Shown one piece after another: positions 48,960-61,557 of a DNA stretch of 64,000 nucleotides. The stretch is taken from the NCBI GenBank assembly GCA_963766425.1, contig CAVYAB010000033.1:8590-72589 (forward strand), in the 5' to 3' direction. Below the pieces are notes generated by a model, which worked only from the letters and a program-made list of their open reading frames with translations, searched no databases and was not told the DNA's origin. A program made the translations under genes and the position numbers. Position 1 is the first letter of the stretch; the number at the start of each line of letters is the position of its first letter. Origin of the DNA: an uncultured Alphaproteobacteria bacterium (GTDB taxonomy: Bacteria > Pseudomonadota > Alphaproteobacteria > Rhizobiales > Aestuariivirgaceae).

Positions 48960-49574
48960 ATGTCAACGCCGCGCACGAAAAAGAATGGTAGTTCAAGCGA
49001 TGCTGACCCCACGCCCGCCTTGGGTAAAACCATCCAGCGCCTGCGCAAGGCCTACAACATGTCCCTGGGCGAGCTTTCGGAGCAATCCGGGGTCGCCAAA
49101 TCGATCATTTCCCAGATCGAGCGTAATGAGACAAACCCAACACTTTCAACAGTTTACCGCCTGTCACGGGCGTTGGACACCAGCATTGACGAGGTCCTGA
49201 AGGCCGACAGCGGCACATTATTCCTGGAGCATCAGGTGAAATCCGCCATTCCCATCCTTGAAAGCCAGGATGGCCTCTGCCGCCTGGCCATTACTGGCCC
49301 GCTAAACCTGATTGACCTCACCCAATGGTATGATTTCCACGCCAAGCCCAATGGCCTGCTCGAATCCGACCCCCACCCGCCCGGAACCGTGGAACACCTC
49401 TACATGCTGAAAGGCGAAGTGGAGATCACCGTTGGTGAAGAAGTAAAGGTGGCCAAAGCCGGCGAAGCCATCCGCTACCGCGGCGACGTTCCCCACAAGA
49501 TCAGGAACCTCGGCACCGCCGATGCCCACGCCAACATGATCCTGATGCTGCGGCAGTTGAGTCCTTCAAACTAA
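48960..49574 (+). CDS. XRE-HTH + cupin transcriptional regulator (SutR-like architecture)
   Basis: SLGELSEQSGVAKSIISQIERNETNPTL; HPPGTVEH...PHKIRN. Confidence 0.92.
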   Translation: MSTPRTKKNGSSSDADPTPALGKTIQRLRKAYNMSLGELSEQSGVAKSIISQIERNETNPTLSTVYRLSRALDTSIDEVLKADSGTLFLEHQVKSAIPILESQDGLCRLAITGPLNLIDLTQWYDFHAKPNGLLESDPHPPGTVEHLYMLKGEVEITVGEEVKVAKAGEAIRYRGDVPHKIRNLGTADAHANMILMLRQLSPSN

Positions 49575-49601
49575 GACTTATTGCTTGCCGGAATTATCTA
49601 A

Positions 49602-50345
49602 ATGACAAATGAGGCGCTTTACTGCGATCCGGAGTTCGCTCAGCTATACGATTGGGACAATCCCTGGCCCGAAGATTTCGATTTCTTTGCCAGTCTCGCC
49701 GCAGGAGCCAACCGTGTGCTCGATCTCGGCTGCGGTACCGGCATTTTCTCGGCCGAATTGGCTATGCGCGGGCATGAGGTGACCGGCGCTGACCCTGCGG
49801 AAGCCATGTTGCAAATCGCTCGCCAACGGCATGGCGGCGACAAGGTGCGTTGGGTTAAAGCCGATGCCCGTAGTCTTGAGCTCGGCGAGTGTTTCGACAT
49901 GGTACTGATGACCGGGCATGCCTTCCAAACTCTCCTGAGCCGCGATGATCGTAGAGCTTTGATCGGCACCATTGCGCGCCACCTTGCCCTAGGTGGCCGT
50001 TTCTTCTTTGACAGTCGAAACCCTGAAGCACGTGAGTGGGAACAGTGGACCCCCGATGCCAGCCGTGGAGTGCTGCCACATCCCCAATTCGGGAGTATTG
50101 AGCGCTGGAATGATGCCAGTTGCGACCCGTCTACCGGCATCGTGACCTACGACACATTTTACCGGTTCGGGAGCGGGCGGTTGCTCTCGGCCCGCTCACA
50201 GATTGCATTTGCCCGTCAGATCGAGATTAGAGAACTGATTGCGGCAGCGGGGCTGACAGTTGACCCCTGGATTGGTGACTGCGTGGGCGGGGAGTTTTCG
50301 ACAGAAAGCCCCGAGATCATTCCGCTTGGCTCGCGCAAAGCCTAA
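49602..50345 (+). CDS. Class I SAM-dependent methyltransferase
   Basis: VLDLGCGTG, MTGHAFQ, FDSRNP. Confidence 0.9.
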   Translation: MTNEALYCDPEFAQLYDWDNPWPEDFDFFASLAAGANRVLDLGCGTGIFSAELAMRGHEVTGADPAEAMLQIARQRHGGDKVRWVKADARSLELGECFDMVLMTGHAFQTLLSRDDRRALIGTIARHLALGGRFFFDSRNPEAREWEQWTPDASRGVLPHPQFGSIERWNDASCDPSTGIVTYDTFYRFGSGRLLSARSQIAFARQIEIRELIAAAGLTVDPWIGDCVGGEFSTESPEIIPLGSRKA

Positions 50346-50351
50346 GGCTGA

Positions 50352-52347
<1,996 letters not shown>

Positions 52348-52355
52348 GCGAAAAG

Positions 52356-52772
52356 TTAGTGAACGGCTTCAGCCACGTCCTGGAGCGTTGTCCGCGCCAA
52401 TGAACTCGACAATGCGCTTTCCGCGGCCCGTAGCGGGGCTCCTAGAATTTTTCCCATCTGACAGGCAACTGGACATTTCGAATTAGGATCGGTCTTGTGC
52501 ATGCGGAATACGGTTTCGTCTTCCACCGCCTGATAAATATCGGCAAGTGTGATGCCTTCGGCTCCCCGCTCAAGCTCAAATCCGCCGGAGCGGCCGGCGG
52601 TGGCGCGCACGAGCTTTGCCTTTTCCAATTCTGCCATCAAGCGACGGATTACGACCGGATTGGTGTCTACACTTGTAGCAATAGTCGACGAACACACCGG
52701 GCCTTTGTTGGCATGGCGGGCGAGCACGCTTAACGCGTGAATGGCGACTATGAACCTGCTGCTCGATAACAT
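52356..52772 (-). CDS. Rrf2 family regulator lacking the Fe-S Cys triad
   Basis: SVDTNPVVIRRLM, GRSGGFEL, ITLADIYQAVE, CPV. Confidence 0.9.
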   Translation of the reverse strand: MLSSSRFIVAIHALSVLARHANKGPVCSSTIATSVDTNPVVIRRLMAELEKAKLVRATAGRSGGFELERGAEGITLADIYQAVEDETVFRMHKTDPNSKCPVACQMGKILGAPLRAAESALSSSLARTTLQDVAEAVH

Positions 52773-52881
52773 TATATGTAACCTTTGCCCTTACATCGTA
52801 TGCCTTGCGCCAAAAAGCAAGTCCACCCTGTCCGGGCCCGTTTACCAAACCTTAAGCGACTCCCCCGAAATCTGCTGTCCC

Positions 52882-53178
52882 ATGCGCATATCCAAATTTG
52901 ACAGCGTTGTCACCTGTGCCTGCTTGGCCCTGCTGGGGTTCTTTGCCTGGCATGCCTGGGAAGGGCCCCGTGGCTTCCGCTTCAATGAAAAGTTGAAAAG
53001 CCAGTCTGCGCAACTGACCGACGATCTTGCGGCAATCCAGAAACGAAGGACCACCTTCGAAGGCCGTGTAGCACTTCTCAGGCCGGAATCCGTCGACCCC
53101 GACATGCTGGATGAAATGGCCCGCCAAACCCTCGAAGTGGCTAGGCCAAACGAGCTGATCGTCCTCGATTCACCATAA
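52882..53178 (+). CDS. ftsB: Septum formation initiator (FtsB/DivIC)
   Basis: TM + coiled coil, VDPDMLDEMAR; position between eno and pdhA. Confidence 0.85.
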   Translation: MRISKFDSVVTCACLALLGFFAWHAWEGPRGFRFNEKLKSQSAQLTDDLAAIQKRRTTFEGRVALLRPESVDPDMLDEMARQTLEVARPNELIVLDSP

Positions 53179-53291
53179 TTTCCCAATGAATTCTAGGACG
53201 TAAACCGAAATTCGGTTAACACCAATATTAGCAAGCCATCTCAACCGCTTAATGCTATGGAAGTAGTCAAAAAGCATTGCGGGAGGAGTTA

Positions 53292-54338
53292 ATGGCGGTG
53301 AAATCGGCCTATATTGCACGTAAAGGCACCAAGGCCGAGAAGGCCGACAAATCAGCTCTCAAAAACAGTGGTTTTTCCTCCGAGGAAGAACTCCGCGCCT
53401 ACAAGGACATGCTGCTCATCCGCCGCTTCGAGGAAAAAGCAGGCCAGCTCTACGGCATGGGCCTCATCGGCGGCTTCTGCCACCTCTATATCGGCCAGGA
53501 AGCCGTGGTCATCGGCATGCAGATGGCCGTCAAAGACGGCGACCAGCTCATCACTTCCTACCGCGACCATGGCCACATGCTGGCCGCCGGCATGGACCCC
53601 AAGGGCGTCATGGCCGAACTCACCGGCCGGCGGGACGGCTATTCCCACGGCAAGGGCGGCTCCATGCACATGTTCAGCCGGGAAAAACAGTTCTTTGGCG
53701 GCCACGGCATCGTGGGCGCCCAGGTGCCGCTGGGGGCAGGGCTTGCCTTCGCCAACAAGTATCGCGGCAATGACCACGTGGCGCTCACCTATTATGGTGA
53801 TGGCGCCGCCAACCAGGGCCAGGTCTATGAAACCTTCAACATCGCCAGCGTCTGGAAACTCCCCGTCATCTTCGTGATCGAAAACAACCGTTACGCCATG
53901 GGAACCGCAGCCCCGCGTTCCACCGCAAAATCCGATCATTTGGGTGCCCGTGGTGAGGCCTTCGACATTCCCTCCGAGCAAGTGGACGGCATGGATGTGC
54001 GCGCCGTGAAAGAAGCCGGCGACCGCGCCGTTGAACATTGCCGTTCGGGCGAAGGACCCTACATTCTGGAAATGATGACCTATCGCTATCGCGGCCACTC
54101 CATGTCAGACCCCGCCAAATACCGCGCCAAGGAAGAAGTGCAGAAAATGCGCGAGGAGAGGGACCCCATTGAGCAGGTCAAGGCCCGCATCCTGAAAGCG
54201 GGCATGGCAAGCGAGGATGATTTGAAAAAGCTCGACGCCGATATCCGCGTGACAGTCACCGAAGCCGCCGATTTTGCAACAAGCAATCCAGAGCCTGATA
54301 TTTCGGAACTCTACACCGACATTTACAAAAGCGCGTAA
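53292..54338 (+). CDS. pdhA: Pyruvate dehydrogenase E1 alpha
   Basis: GGFCHLYIGQEA, GDGAANQGQ, TYRYRGHSMSDP. Confidence 0.97.
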   Translation: MAVKSAYIARKGTKAEKADKSALKNSGFSSEEELRAYKDMLLIRRFEEKAGQLYGMGLIGGFCHLYIGQEAVVIGMQMAVKDGDQLITSYRDHGHMLAAGMDPKGVMAELTGRRDGYSHGKGGSMHMFSREKQFFGGHGIVGAQVPLGAGLAFANKYRGNDHVALTYYGDGAANQGQVYETFNIASVWKLPVIFVIENNRYAMGTAAPRSTAKSDHLGARGEAFDIPSEQVDGMDVRAVKEAGDRAVEHCRSGEGPYILEMMTYRYRGHSMSDPAKYRAKEEVQKMREERDPIEQVKARILKAGMASEDDLKKLDADIRVTVTEAADFATSNPEPDISELYTDIYKSA

Positions 54339-54353
54339 GGACGGACACCTGCC

Positions 54354-55702
54354 ATGCCAAACATTCTGATGCCCGCCCTTTCGCCCACCATGGAAGAAGG
54401 CAAGCTTTCCAAATGGCTGAAAAAAGTCGGCGACAATATCAAGTCCGGCGACGTGCTGGCCGAGATCGAAACCGACAAGGCCACCATGGAAGTGGAAGCC
54501 GTCGATGAGGGACCACTGACAGCAATTCTGGTTGCCGAGGGCACCGAGAATGTGAAGGTCAACACGCCCATTGCGGTGATCGGCGAAGCGTCCTTAGAGA
54601 CGCCCGCTGCGCCGGGCTCCTCAGGATGAAGAAAAAAGTAAACCTGCACCCTGAGGTGGCGGCGCAGCCGCCCTCGAAGGGCCCTGAGCTGCGGGACACG
54701 GATATCCCCGAAGGCACCGAAATGGTGACGATGACGGTGCGTGAAGCCATTCGCTCTGCCATGTCGGAAGAAATGCGCCGCGATAAAGATGTGTTCCTGA
54801 TGGGTGAGGAAGTCGGCGAATATCAGGGCGCCTATAAAATCAGCCAGGGCATGCTGGAGGAATTCGGCCCAGCCCGTGTGATCGACACACCAATTACCGA
54901 ACACGGCTTCACCGGCATCGCCACGGGTGCGGCCTTCGCGGGCCTCAAGCCCATCGTCGAATTCATGACCTTCAATTTCGCCATGCAGGCCATTGATCAC
55001 ATCATCAATTCAGCAGCCAAGACACTCTACATGTCCGGCGGCCAAATGGGATGCCCCATCGTGTTCCGTGGTCCAAATGGCGCGGCGGCCCGAGTCGGCG
55101 CGCAGCACTCTCAAGATTACGCCGCGTGGTATTCACAAATCCCGGGCCTCAAGGTCGTCATGCCTTACTCGGCTGCAGACGCCAAAGGCCTGATGAAATC
55201 TGCCATCCGCGATCCAAATCCCGTGATCTTTCTTGAAAACGAAATCCTCTACGGCAAGAGTTTTGAAGTGCCAAAGCTTGATGACTGGATCGTACCCATC
55301 GGCAAGGCGCGCATTGCCCGTGCTGGAATGCACGTCACCATCGTCTCCTTCGGCATCGGCATGACCTATTCGCTCGCCGCCGCCGACAAGCTCGCCGCCG
55401 AAGGCATCGAAGCGGAAGTTATCGATCTCCGCACCATTCGCCCCATGGATTTGGCCACTGTTATTGAGAGCATAAAAAAAACCAACCGTTGTGTGGCCGT
55501 GGAGGAGGGCTATCCGCAATTCTCGGTGACGTCTGAAATCGCCGCTCAGGTCATGACCCACGCTTTCGACTATCTCGATGCGCCCGTGGCCCGTGTGGCC
55601 GGCAAGGACGTGCCCATGCCCTATGCCGCCAATCTCGAAAAACTCGCGCTCCCCAACGCAGACGAAGTGGTGGCCGCTGTAAAAGGAGTTCTCTATGTCT
55701 GA
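54354..55702 (+). CDS. pdhB: Pyruvate dehydrogenase E1 beta with N-terminal lipoyl domain; frame break at 54626-54629
   Basis: [10 protein letters not shown] lipoyl domain (54354-54629); [16 protein letters not shown] catalytic part (54626-55702). Confidence 0.93.
54588..54681. repeat. Inverted pair of REP-like palindromes inside the pdhB linker
   Basis: tccttagagacgccc-gctgcgcc-gggctcctcaggatga and caccctgaggtggcggcgcagccgccctcgaaggg; each resembles the reverse complement of the other. Confidence 0.7.
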
Positions 55703-56036
55703 CCACGATCATCACCACCATCACGATCACAGCCACGAAACGCACCCCCATCAACTGCAGCCGCCCCATGAAGTATTTCATGACGAGAAGGCGGGCGAAC
55801 TGGTGCGCGCCTGGATTACCCAAGGCCATTTAAGCCTGTCGCTGAATGCTATGGCCTTCGGCAAGGCCGATATCTGGGGACACGTATTGGCAGGCATGGC
55901 AGAACAGGTGGCCGCTTCCTGCGCCGAAATGGGCCACGGCACCACCGCCGGCAACCTGGAAGAAATCCGCAGGAACCTGACCGCAGATCTGGCCAAGGCC
56001 GCCGCAAAACATTCTCCGCTTTCCGTCAAGTCATAG
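55695..56036 (+). CDS. DUF5076-like protein with His-rich N-terminus
   Basis: [17 protein letters not shown]; [17 protein letters not shown]. Confidence 0.7.
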   Translation: MSDHDHHHHHDHSHETHPHQLQPPHEVFHDEKAGELVRAWITQGHLSLSLNAMAFGKADIWGHVLAGMAEQVAASCAEMGHGTTAGNLEEIRRNLTADLAKAAAKHSPLSVKS

Positions 56037-56051
56037 AGAGAGTACCGGACC

Positions 56052-57323
56052 ATGCCTGTCAACATTCTGATGCCCGCTCTGTCTCCCACCATGGAAAAGG
56101 GCAAGCTCGCAAAATGGCTCAAAAAAGAGGGTGACAAGGTGAAATCCGGCGACGTGCTGGCCGAGATCGAAACCGACAAGGCCACCATGGAAGTGGAAGC
56201 CATCGACGAAGGCACGCTCGGCAAAATTCTGGTGGCTGAAGGCACCGATGATGTTCTGGTGAATGCCCCCATCGCAATCATTTTGGGCGAGGGCGAGAAG
56301 CTGGGGGATATGCCAAAGGCCGCGCCCGCGCCAAAGACTGTAACCGCTCCTGCTGCTGTGGCCGCCGCTCCAACAACTTCCGCCGCAAGCGTTCCAACTG
56401 CCAAAGCCGACGGCTCCCGCGTTTTCGCGTCCCCTCTTGCAAGGCGCGTGGCCAAGCAGAAGGGCCTAGACCTTTCAGCCCTCAAAGGTTCCGGCCCCCA
56501 TGGCCGTGTTGTTCTGAAAGACGTTGAGAATGCTAAGCCGGGTGCGGCGCCTGCCGCTAAATCAGCGGGCATGCCGCAGGGCATGTCTGATGAAGCCGTG
56601 CTTAAGCTCTTTGAAGCGGGCTCCTACGACCTCGTGCCCCATGACGGCATGCGCAAGACCATTGCCCGCCGTCTCACCGAGTCAAAACAGACCGTTCCGC
56701 ATTTCTATGTGTCGGTTGATTGCGTGCTGGAAAATCTTCTGCCGCTTCGCGAACGCCTCAATCTGCAGGCGCCCAAGGACAAGGACGGCAAGCCCGTATG
56801 GAAAGTTTCCGTCAATGATTTCATCATCAAGGCCATGGCCATGGCCCTCATAAAAGTGCCGGACGCCAACGTGTCCTGGACGGAAAACGCCATGGTGAAA
56901 CACCACCACGCCGATGTGGGTGTTGCCGTTTCCATCCCCGGTGGCCTGATCACGCCCGTTGTCCGCAAGGCCGAGACCAAGGGCCTCACCCAGATTTCCA
57001 TGGAAATGAAGGATTATGCCGCTAGGGCCCGTGCGCGCCGGTTGAAACCGGAAGAATACACCGGCGGTTCAACCTCCGTCTCCAATCTTGGCATGATGAA
57101 CATCAAGAATTTCGCTGCAATCGTCAACCCGCCCCAGGCAACAATACTGGCCATTGGAACGGGCGAACGCCGCGCCGTTGTACGCGGCAATGAGATAGTG
57201 ATCGAGCACCAGATGTCAGTCACTCTGTCTACGGATCATCGCTGCGTAGACGGCGCCCTCGGCGCCGAACTCCTCAGTGCCTTCCGCATGTATCTCGAAG
57301 ACCCGGGTCTGATGTTGGTGTGA
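56052..57323 (+). CDS. pdhC: Dihydrolipoamide acetyltransferase E2
   Basis: Lipoyl domain, ASPLARR, DHRCVDGA. Confidence 0.96.
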   Translation: MPVNILMPALSPTMEKGKLAKWLKKEGDKVKSGDVLAEIETDKATMEVEAIDEGTLGKILVAEGTDDVLVNAPIAIILGEGEKLGDMPKAAPAPKTVTAPAAVAAAPTTSAASVPTAKADGSRVFASPLARRVAKQKGLDLSALKGSGPHGRVVLKDVENAKPGAAPAAKSAGMPQGMSDEAVLKLFEAGSYDLVPHDGMRKTIARRLTESKQTVPHFYVSVDCVLENLLPLRERLNLQAPKDKDGKPVWKVSVNDFIIKAMAMALIKVPDANVSWTENAMVKHHHADVGVAVSIPGGLITPVVRKAETKGLTQISMEMKDYAARARARRLKPEEYTGGSTSVSNLGMMNIKNFAAIVNPPQATILAIGTGERRAVVRGNEIVIEHQMSVTLSTDHRCVDGALGAELLSAFRMYLEDPGLMLV

Positions 57324-57333
57324 GGATACGACG

Positions 57334-57972
57334 ATGAAGAGCATCCTCGCATTTGGCGACAGTCTGACCTGGGGTTTTGTGGCCGGGCAGGATGCGCGCC
57401 ATCCGTTTGAAACCCGCTGGCCCAATGCGTTGGCGGCAGGTCTTGGCAGCAAGGCCCGCGTCATTGAAGAGGGGCAAAATGGCCGCACGACCGTTTTCGA
57501 TGATGAAACGACATTCGAAACGCGCAATGGCTCGGTAGCGTTGCCGTTGCTGCTGGTGAGCCATCAGCCACTTGATCTCGTGATCATCATGCTGGGCACC
57601 AATGACATCAAGTTTGCCGCCCGTTGCCGCGCGTTCGATGCGGCCATGGGGATGGAGCGCCTGATCACCATCATCCAGAAATTCAGCTTCATGCCGAACT
57701 ACAAAAACCCGCAAATTTTGATCATGTCGCCGCCTTGCCTGGTGCCGACTGAGGATGAATGGTTCAACGAACTGTGGGGACACGCAATTGCGGAGTCCAA
57801 ACTCTTTGCCAAACACTACGCAAGGGTTGCCAAGGAAATGAGTGTGCATTTCTTTGACGCGGGCAGTGTGGCTGTCGCTGACAAGGCCGATGGCGGCCAT
57901 CTGGATGCGGTGAATACAAAGGCCATTGGCGTTGCTTTGGTGCCGGTGGTGAAAAAGATTCTAAGCATCTGA
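57334..57972 (+). CDS. SGNH/GDSL hydrolase
   Basis: FGDSLTWG, MLGTND, DGGH. Confidence 0.92.
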   Translation: MKSILAFGDSLTWGFVAGQDARHPFETRWPNALAAGLGSKARVIEEGQNGRTTVFDDETTFETRNGSVALPLLLVSHQPLDLVIIMLGTNDIKFAARCRAFDAAMGMERLITIIQKFSFMPNYKNPQILIMSPPCLVPTEDEWFNELWGHAIAESKLFAKHYARVAKEMSVHFFDAGSVAVADKADGGHLDAVNTKAIGVALVPVVKKILSI

Positions 57973-57977
57973 TTTCT

Positions 57978-58047
57978 GTCATCCCGGCGAAAGCCGGGAC
58001 CCAGAGGAGATGCGGTAAAAATGGATCCCGGCTTTCGCTGGGATGAC
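57978..58047. repeat. REP/RIME-like inverted pair
   Basis: gtcatcccggcgaaagccgggaccca ... tggatcccggctttcgctgggatgac. Confidence 0.85.
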
Positions 58048-58068
58048 GGATTGAGTGAGGTAGTGAAC

Positions 58069-59509
58069 ATGGCTGACAACAACTTCGACGTTCTCATCAT
58101 TGGCTCCGGTCCTGGCGGCTATGTAACTGCCATTCGCGCCGCCCAACTCGGTTTCAAGACCGCAATTGTTGAACGCGAACACCTCGGCGGCATTTGCCTG
58201 AACTGGGGCTGTATTCCCACCAAGGCGTTGCTGCGAACTGCTGAAATCTATCACTACATGAAGCACGCCAAGGACTATGGCCTGTCGGCAGACAATGTCT
58301 CCTTCGATCCCGCCGCCGTTGTGCAACGCTCGCGAGGCGTATCAGGCCGCCTCAATGGCGGTGTGGGCGGTTTGCTCAAAAAGAACAAAGTGCAGGTGAT
58401 CTGGGGTGAAGCAAAGATCACAAAACCCGGTGAAGTCACCGTTGCAAAATCAGCCAAGCCCGCCATGCAGCCACAGCCCCCCGAACCCAAGGGCGCGCTT
58501 GGTGCCGGCACCTATACGGCCAAGCACATAATTATCGCTACAGGCGCAAGGCCGCGCGCTCTGCCGGGCCTCGAAGCCGACGGCAAATTGGTGTGGACCT
58601 ATTTCGAGGCCATGGTGCCGCCCAAAATGCCGAAGTCTTTGCTCGTCGTAGGCTCAGGCGCCATCGGCATTGAGTTCGCCTCGTTCTATAACGCCATGGG
58701 CGTTGACGTGACCGTGGTTGAAATCATGGATCAGGTCATGCCGGTGGAAGACGCCGAGATCGCCAAGGTCGCCCAGAAGCAGTTGGAAAAGCAGGGCCTG
58801 AAGATCAAGCTGAGCGCAAAAGTCAGCGCACTGAAGAAATCTGCCAACAGCGTCACCGCAACGATAGAGCAGGGCACCACGAAAACCGAACTCACCGTGG
58901 ACCGCGTCATCTCCGCCGTGGGCGTTGTCGGCAACATCGAAAACCTGGGCCTCGAAGCCACTCGGCGTGAAAACCGACAAGGGCTGCATCGTCATTGATG
59001 GCTTCGGCCGCACCAATGTTACGGGCATCTATGCCATCGGCGACGTGGCGGGCCCGCCCATGCTGGCCCACAAGGCTGAGCATGAAGGCGTGATCTGTGT
59101 TGAGAAGATTAAGGGCCTTGATGCCCACCCCATGAAGAAAGAGCACATTCCGGGCTGCACCTATTGCCACCCGCAGGTAGCTTCTGTGGGTCTCACCGAA
59201 GCAAAAGCCAAGGCCGCTGGATTTGAACTCAAGGTTGGCCGTTTCCCCTTCCTCGCAAATGGCAAGGCCATCGCCCTTGGTGAGGATCAAGGCCTTGTGA
59301 AGACGATATTCGACGCCAAGACCGGGCGTTTGCTGGGCGCCCACATGGTAGGCGCCGAAGTCACCGAACTCATCCAGGGCTTCGTCATCGCCATGGGCCT
59401 GGAAACCACCGAAGAAGAGTTAATGCACACGGTCTTCCCGCATCCAACCCTTTCCGAAATGATGCATGAAAGCGTCCTGGATTCGCAGGGCCGCGTCATC
59501 CACATGTGA
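58069..59509 (+). CDS. lpdA: Dihydrolipoamide dehydrogenase, apparent frameshift ~58960
   Basis: GSGPGG, GGICLNWGCIPTK, HPTLSE. Confidence 0.95.
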
Positions 59510-59578
59510 GGAGCCTCTTGAACCATGTTACATCGTAGGCCATATCTCGTGACGTCAGGCAGGAAATAGAGGGATCAG

Positions 59579-59827
59579 ATGGATACCAAGAACATCATAA
59601 TCGCACTGGTGCTTGGCCTCGTTGCAGGCTGGCTCGCCAGTTTTATCGTGGGCGGCTACGGCATTGTTCAATACCTCATCAGTGGCGTCATCGGCTCCTT
59701 CGTCGGCTCCTACGTCCTTAACAGGATGGGCATAAATCTCGGCATCACCAATGAATATGCCCGCGACATTGCAACCGCAACCATCGGCGCGATCATCGTC
59801 ATGGTCATCGCAAAAATTTTGACTTAA
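59579..59827 (+). CDS. GlsB/YeaQ/YmgE family membrane protein
   Basis: GLVAGWLA, GVIGSFVG, ATIGAII. Confidence 0.8.
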   Translation: MDTKNIIIALVLGLVAGWLASFIVGGYGIVQYLISGVIGSFVGSYVLNRMGINLGITNEYARDIATATIGAIIVMVIAKILT

Positions 59828-59854
59828 CTCTGAACAACCCTTGGGAGAACTGAA

Positions 59855-60145
59855 ATGAATAATCTGATGGACTTGGGCGGCGGTGTGGGTTGGCTTGGAA
59901 CCCTGTTAATCGGCGCCGTGGCAGGCTGGATAGCCGAGAAGCTAACCAGGTCCGACATGGGCCTCATCATGAATATCATCGTCGGCGTCATCGGCGCCTA
60001 TATCGGCGGCTTCCTCGCCAATCTCGCGGGCATTCAGCTCGGCGAATTCGTCTCCGGCTGGTTCTGGGGCAATTTGCTGGTGTCCGTCGTCGGCGCCGTT
60101 GTTCTCATCCTCGCCGTGCGGATGTTGAAGGGCCGCTCTGCCTGA
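59855..60145 (+). CDS. GlsB/YeaQ/YmgE family membrane protein (tandem)
   Basis: [29 protein letters not shown]. Confidence 0.85.
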   Translation: MNNLMDLGGGVGWLGTLLIGAVAGWIAEKLTRSDMGLIMNIIVGVIGAYIGGFLANLAGIQLGEFVSGWFWGNLLVSVVGAVVLILAVRMLKGRSA

Positions 60146-60149
60146 TCAG

Positions 60150-61094
60150 ATGGTGACTGTATTGGAAACCCGGCCTCGGCATCCTGAAAAAGCCCACAGG
60201 GCAGACACTCCGCTGCTCCGCAAGCCGGAGTGGATCAGGGTAAAAGCGCCGGGCTCCGCCATCTACGCAGAAACCCAGAAAATTGTCCGCGAGAATGGGC
60301 TCGTCACCGTTTGCGAGGAAGCGGGCTGCCCGAACATTGGCGAATGCTGGTCCAAGAAGCATGCCACCTTCATGATCATGGGCGACACCTGCACCAGGGC
60401 CTGCGCTTTCTGCAATGTGAAGACCGGCTTGCCGGAGGCGCTTGAGCAGGATGAACCTGAGAGGGTGGCGGACGCCATTGCCCGCATGGGCCTGTCACAC
60501 GCGGTGATAACGAGCGTTGACCGTGACGATCTGGACGATGGCGGCGCTGGACATTTCGCGCGCGTAATTCGCGCGACACGTGCCGCTACACCAACCACGA
60601 CAATTGAAGTCTTGACCCCTGACTTCCTGAAAAAAGATGGCGCCCTGGAGCAAGTCATTGAGGCCCGCCCCGATGTGTTCAACCATAATCTGGAAACCGT
60701 TCCCGCCCTTTATCTCAAAATCCGCCCCGGCGCCCGCTACTTCCATTCGCTCCGCCTCCTGCAGCGGGTGAAGGAATTGGATCCCATGATGTTCACCAAG
60801 TCAGGTATCATGGTGGGCCTCGGCGAAACCCGCGAGCAAGTCATGCAGGTCATGGATGACATGCGCTCCGCCAATATCGATTTTATCACCATCGGGCAAT
60901 ATCTCCAGCCCACCCGCAAACACGCCGCCATTGAACGCTTTGTAACCCCCGATGAATTCAAGGCCTATGAAACCCTGGCCTATTCAAAGGGCTTCCTCAT
61001 GGTTGCCTCGTCGCCGCTCACGCGCTCGTCTCACCATGCGGGCGACGATTTCGCGAGACTGCGCGCGGCACGCCTCAAAAATTCCGGACACTGA
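60150..61094 (+). CDS. lipA: Lipoyl synthase
   Basis: [26 protein letters not shown]. Confidence 0.97.
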   Translation: MVTVLETRPRHPEKAHRADTPLLRKPEWIRVKAPGSAIYAETQKIVRENGLVTVCEEAGCPNIGECWSKKHATFMIMGDTCTRACAFCNVKTGLPEALEQDEPERVADAIARMGLSHAVITSVDRDDLDDGGAGHFARVIRATRAATPTTTIEVLTPDFLKKDGALEQVIEARPDVFNHNLETVPALYLKIRPGARYFHSLRLLQRVKELDPMMFTKSGIMVGLGETREQVMQVMDDMRSANIDFITIGQYLQPTRKHAAIERFVTPDEFKAYETLAYSKGFLMVASSPLTRSSHHAGDDFARLRAARLKNSGH

Positions 61095-61098
61095 TGAA

Positions 61099-61557
61099 TT
61101 GCCAAGATTTACCGCCACCCGCCGCGTGAATTTTTCACCCCAGCAAATTTTCGAAGTCGTTGCCGATGTAGGGAGCTACAAGGAATTCCTGCCCCTGGTC
61201 GAACGCTCAACCGTACGCAATCGCAAACCAACCGTTGATGAATACGAGAGTTTCAGCGCTGATCTCGTCATCGGCTACAAGAAAATGGGCATCCATGAAT
61301 CCTTCACCAGTCAGGTGGAAACAAGCATCGCAAATCTTTCCGTGAATGCGGTTTCGTCCGGCAAAGCAGTCAAGAAACTCATCTCTTCGTGGCAAATAAT
61401 CGCCGTTGAAGGCAACAAGTCTGACATTACATTCGCCGTGGACTACGAAATGAAAAGCCACATGTTGCAGATGCTGCTGAGCGGCATGTTTGACCACGCG
61501 GCAAAGAAAGTCATGGGTGCGTTTGAAGCCCGCGCCGAGAAACTCTACAACAGCTGA
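61099..61557 (+). CDS. RatA/COQ10 START-domain protein (TTG start inferred)
   Basis: VADVGSYKEFLP, ESFTSQV, AFEARAEKLY. Confidence 0.88.
   Translation: MPRFTATRRVNFSPQQIFEVVADVGSYKEFLPLVERSTVRNRKPTVDEYESFSADLVIGYKKMGIHESFTSQVETSIANLSVNAVSSGKAVKKLISSWQIIAVEGNKSDITFAVDYEMKSHMLQMLLSGMFDHAAKKVMGAFEARAEKLYNS

Noticed and set aside
52841-52855. CtrA site upstream of ftsB
   Set aside because: TTTA-N7-TTAA has a mismatch; not distinguishable from chance here.
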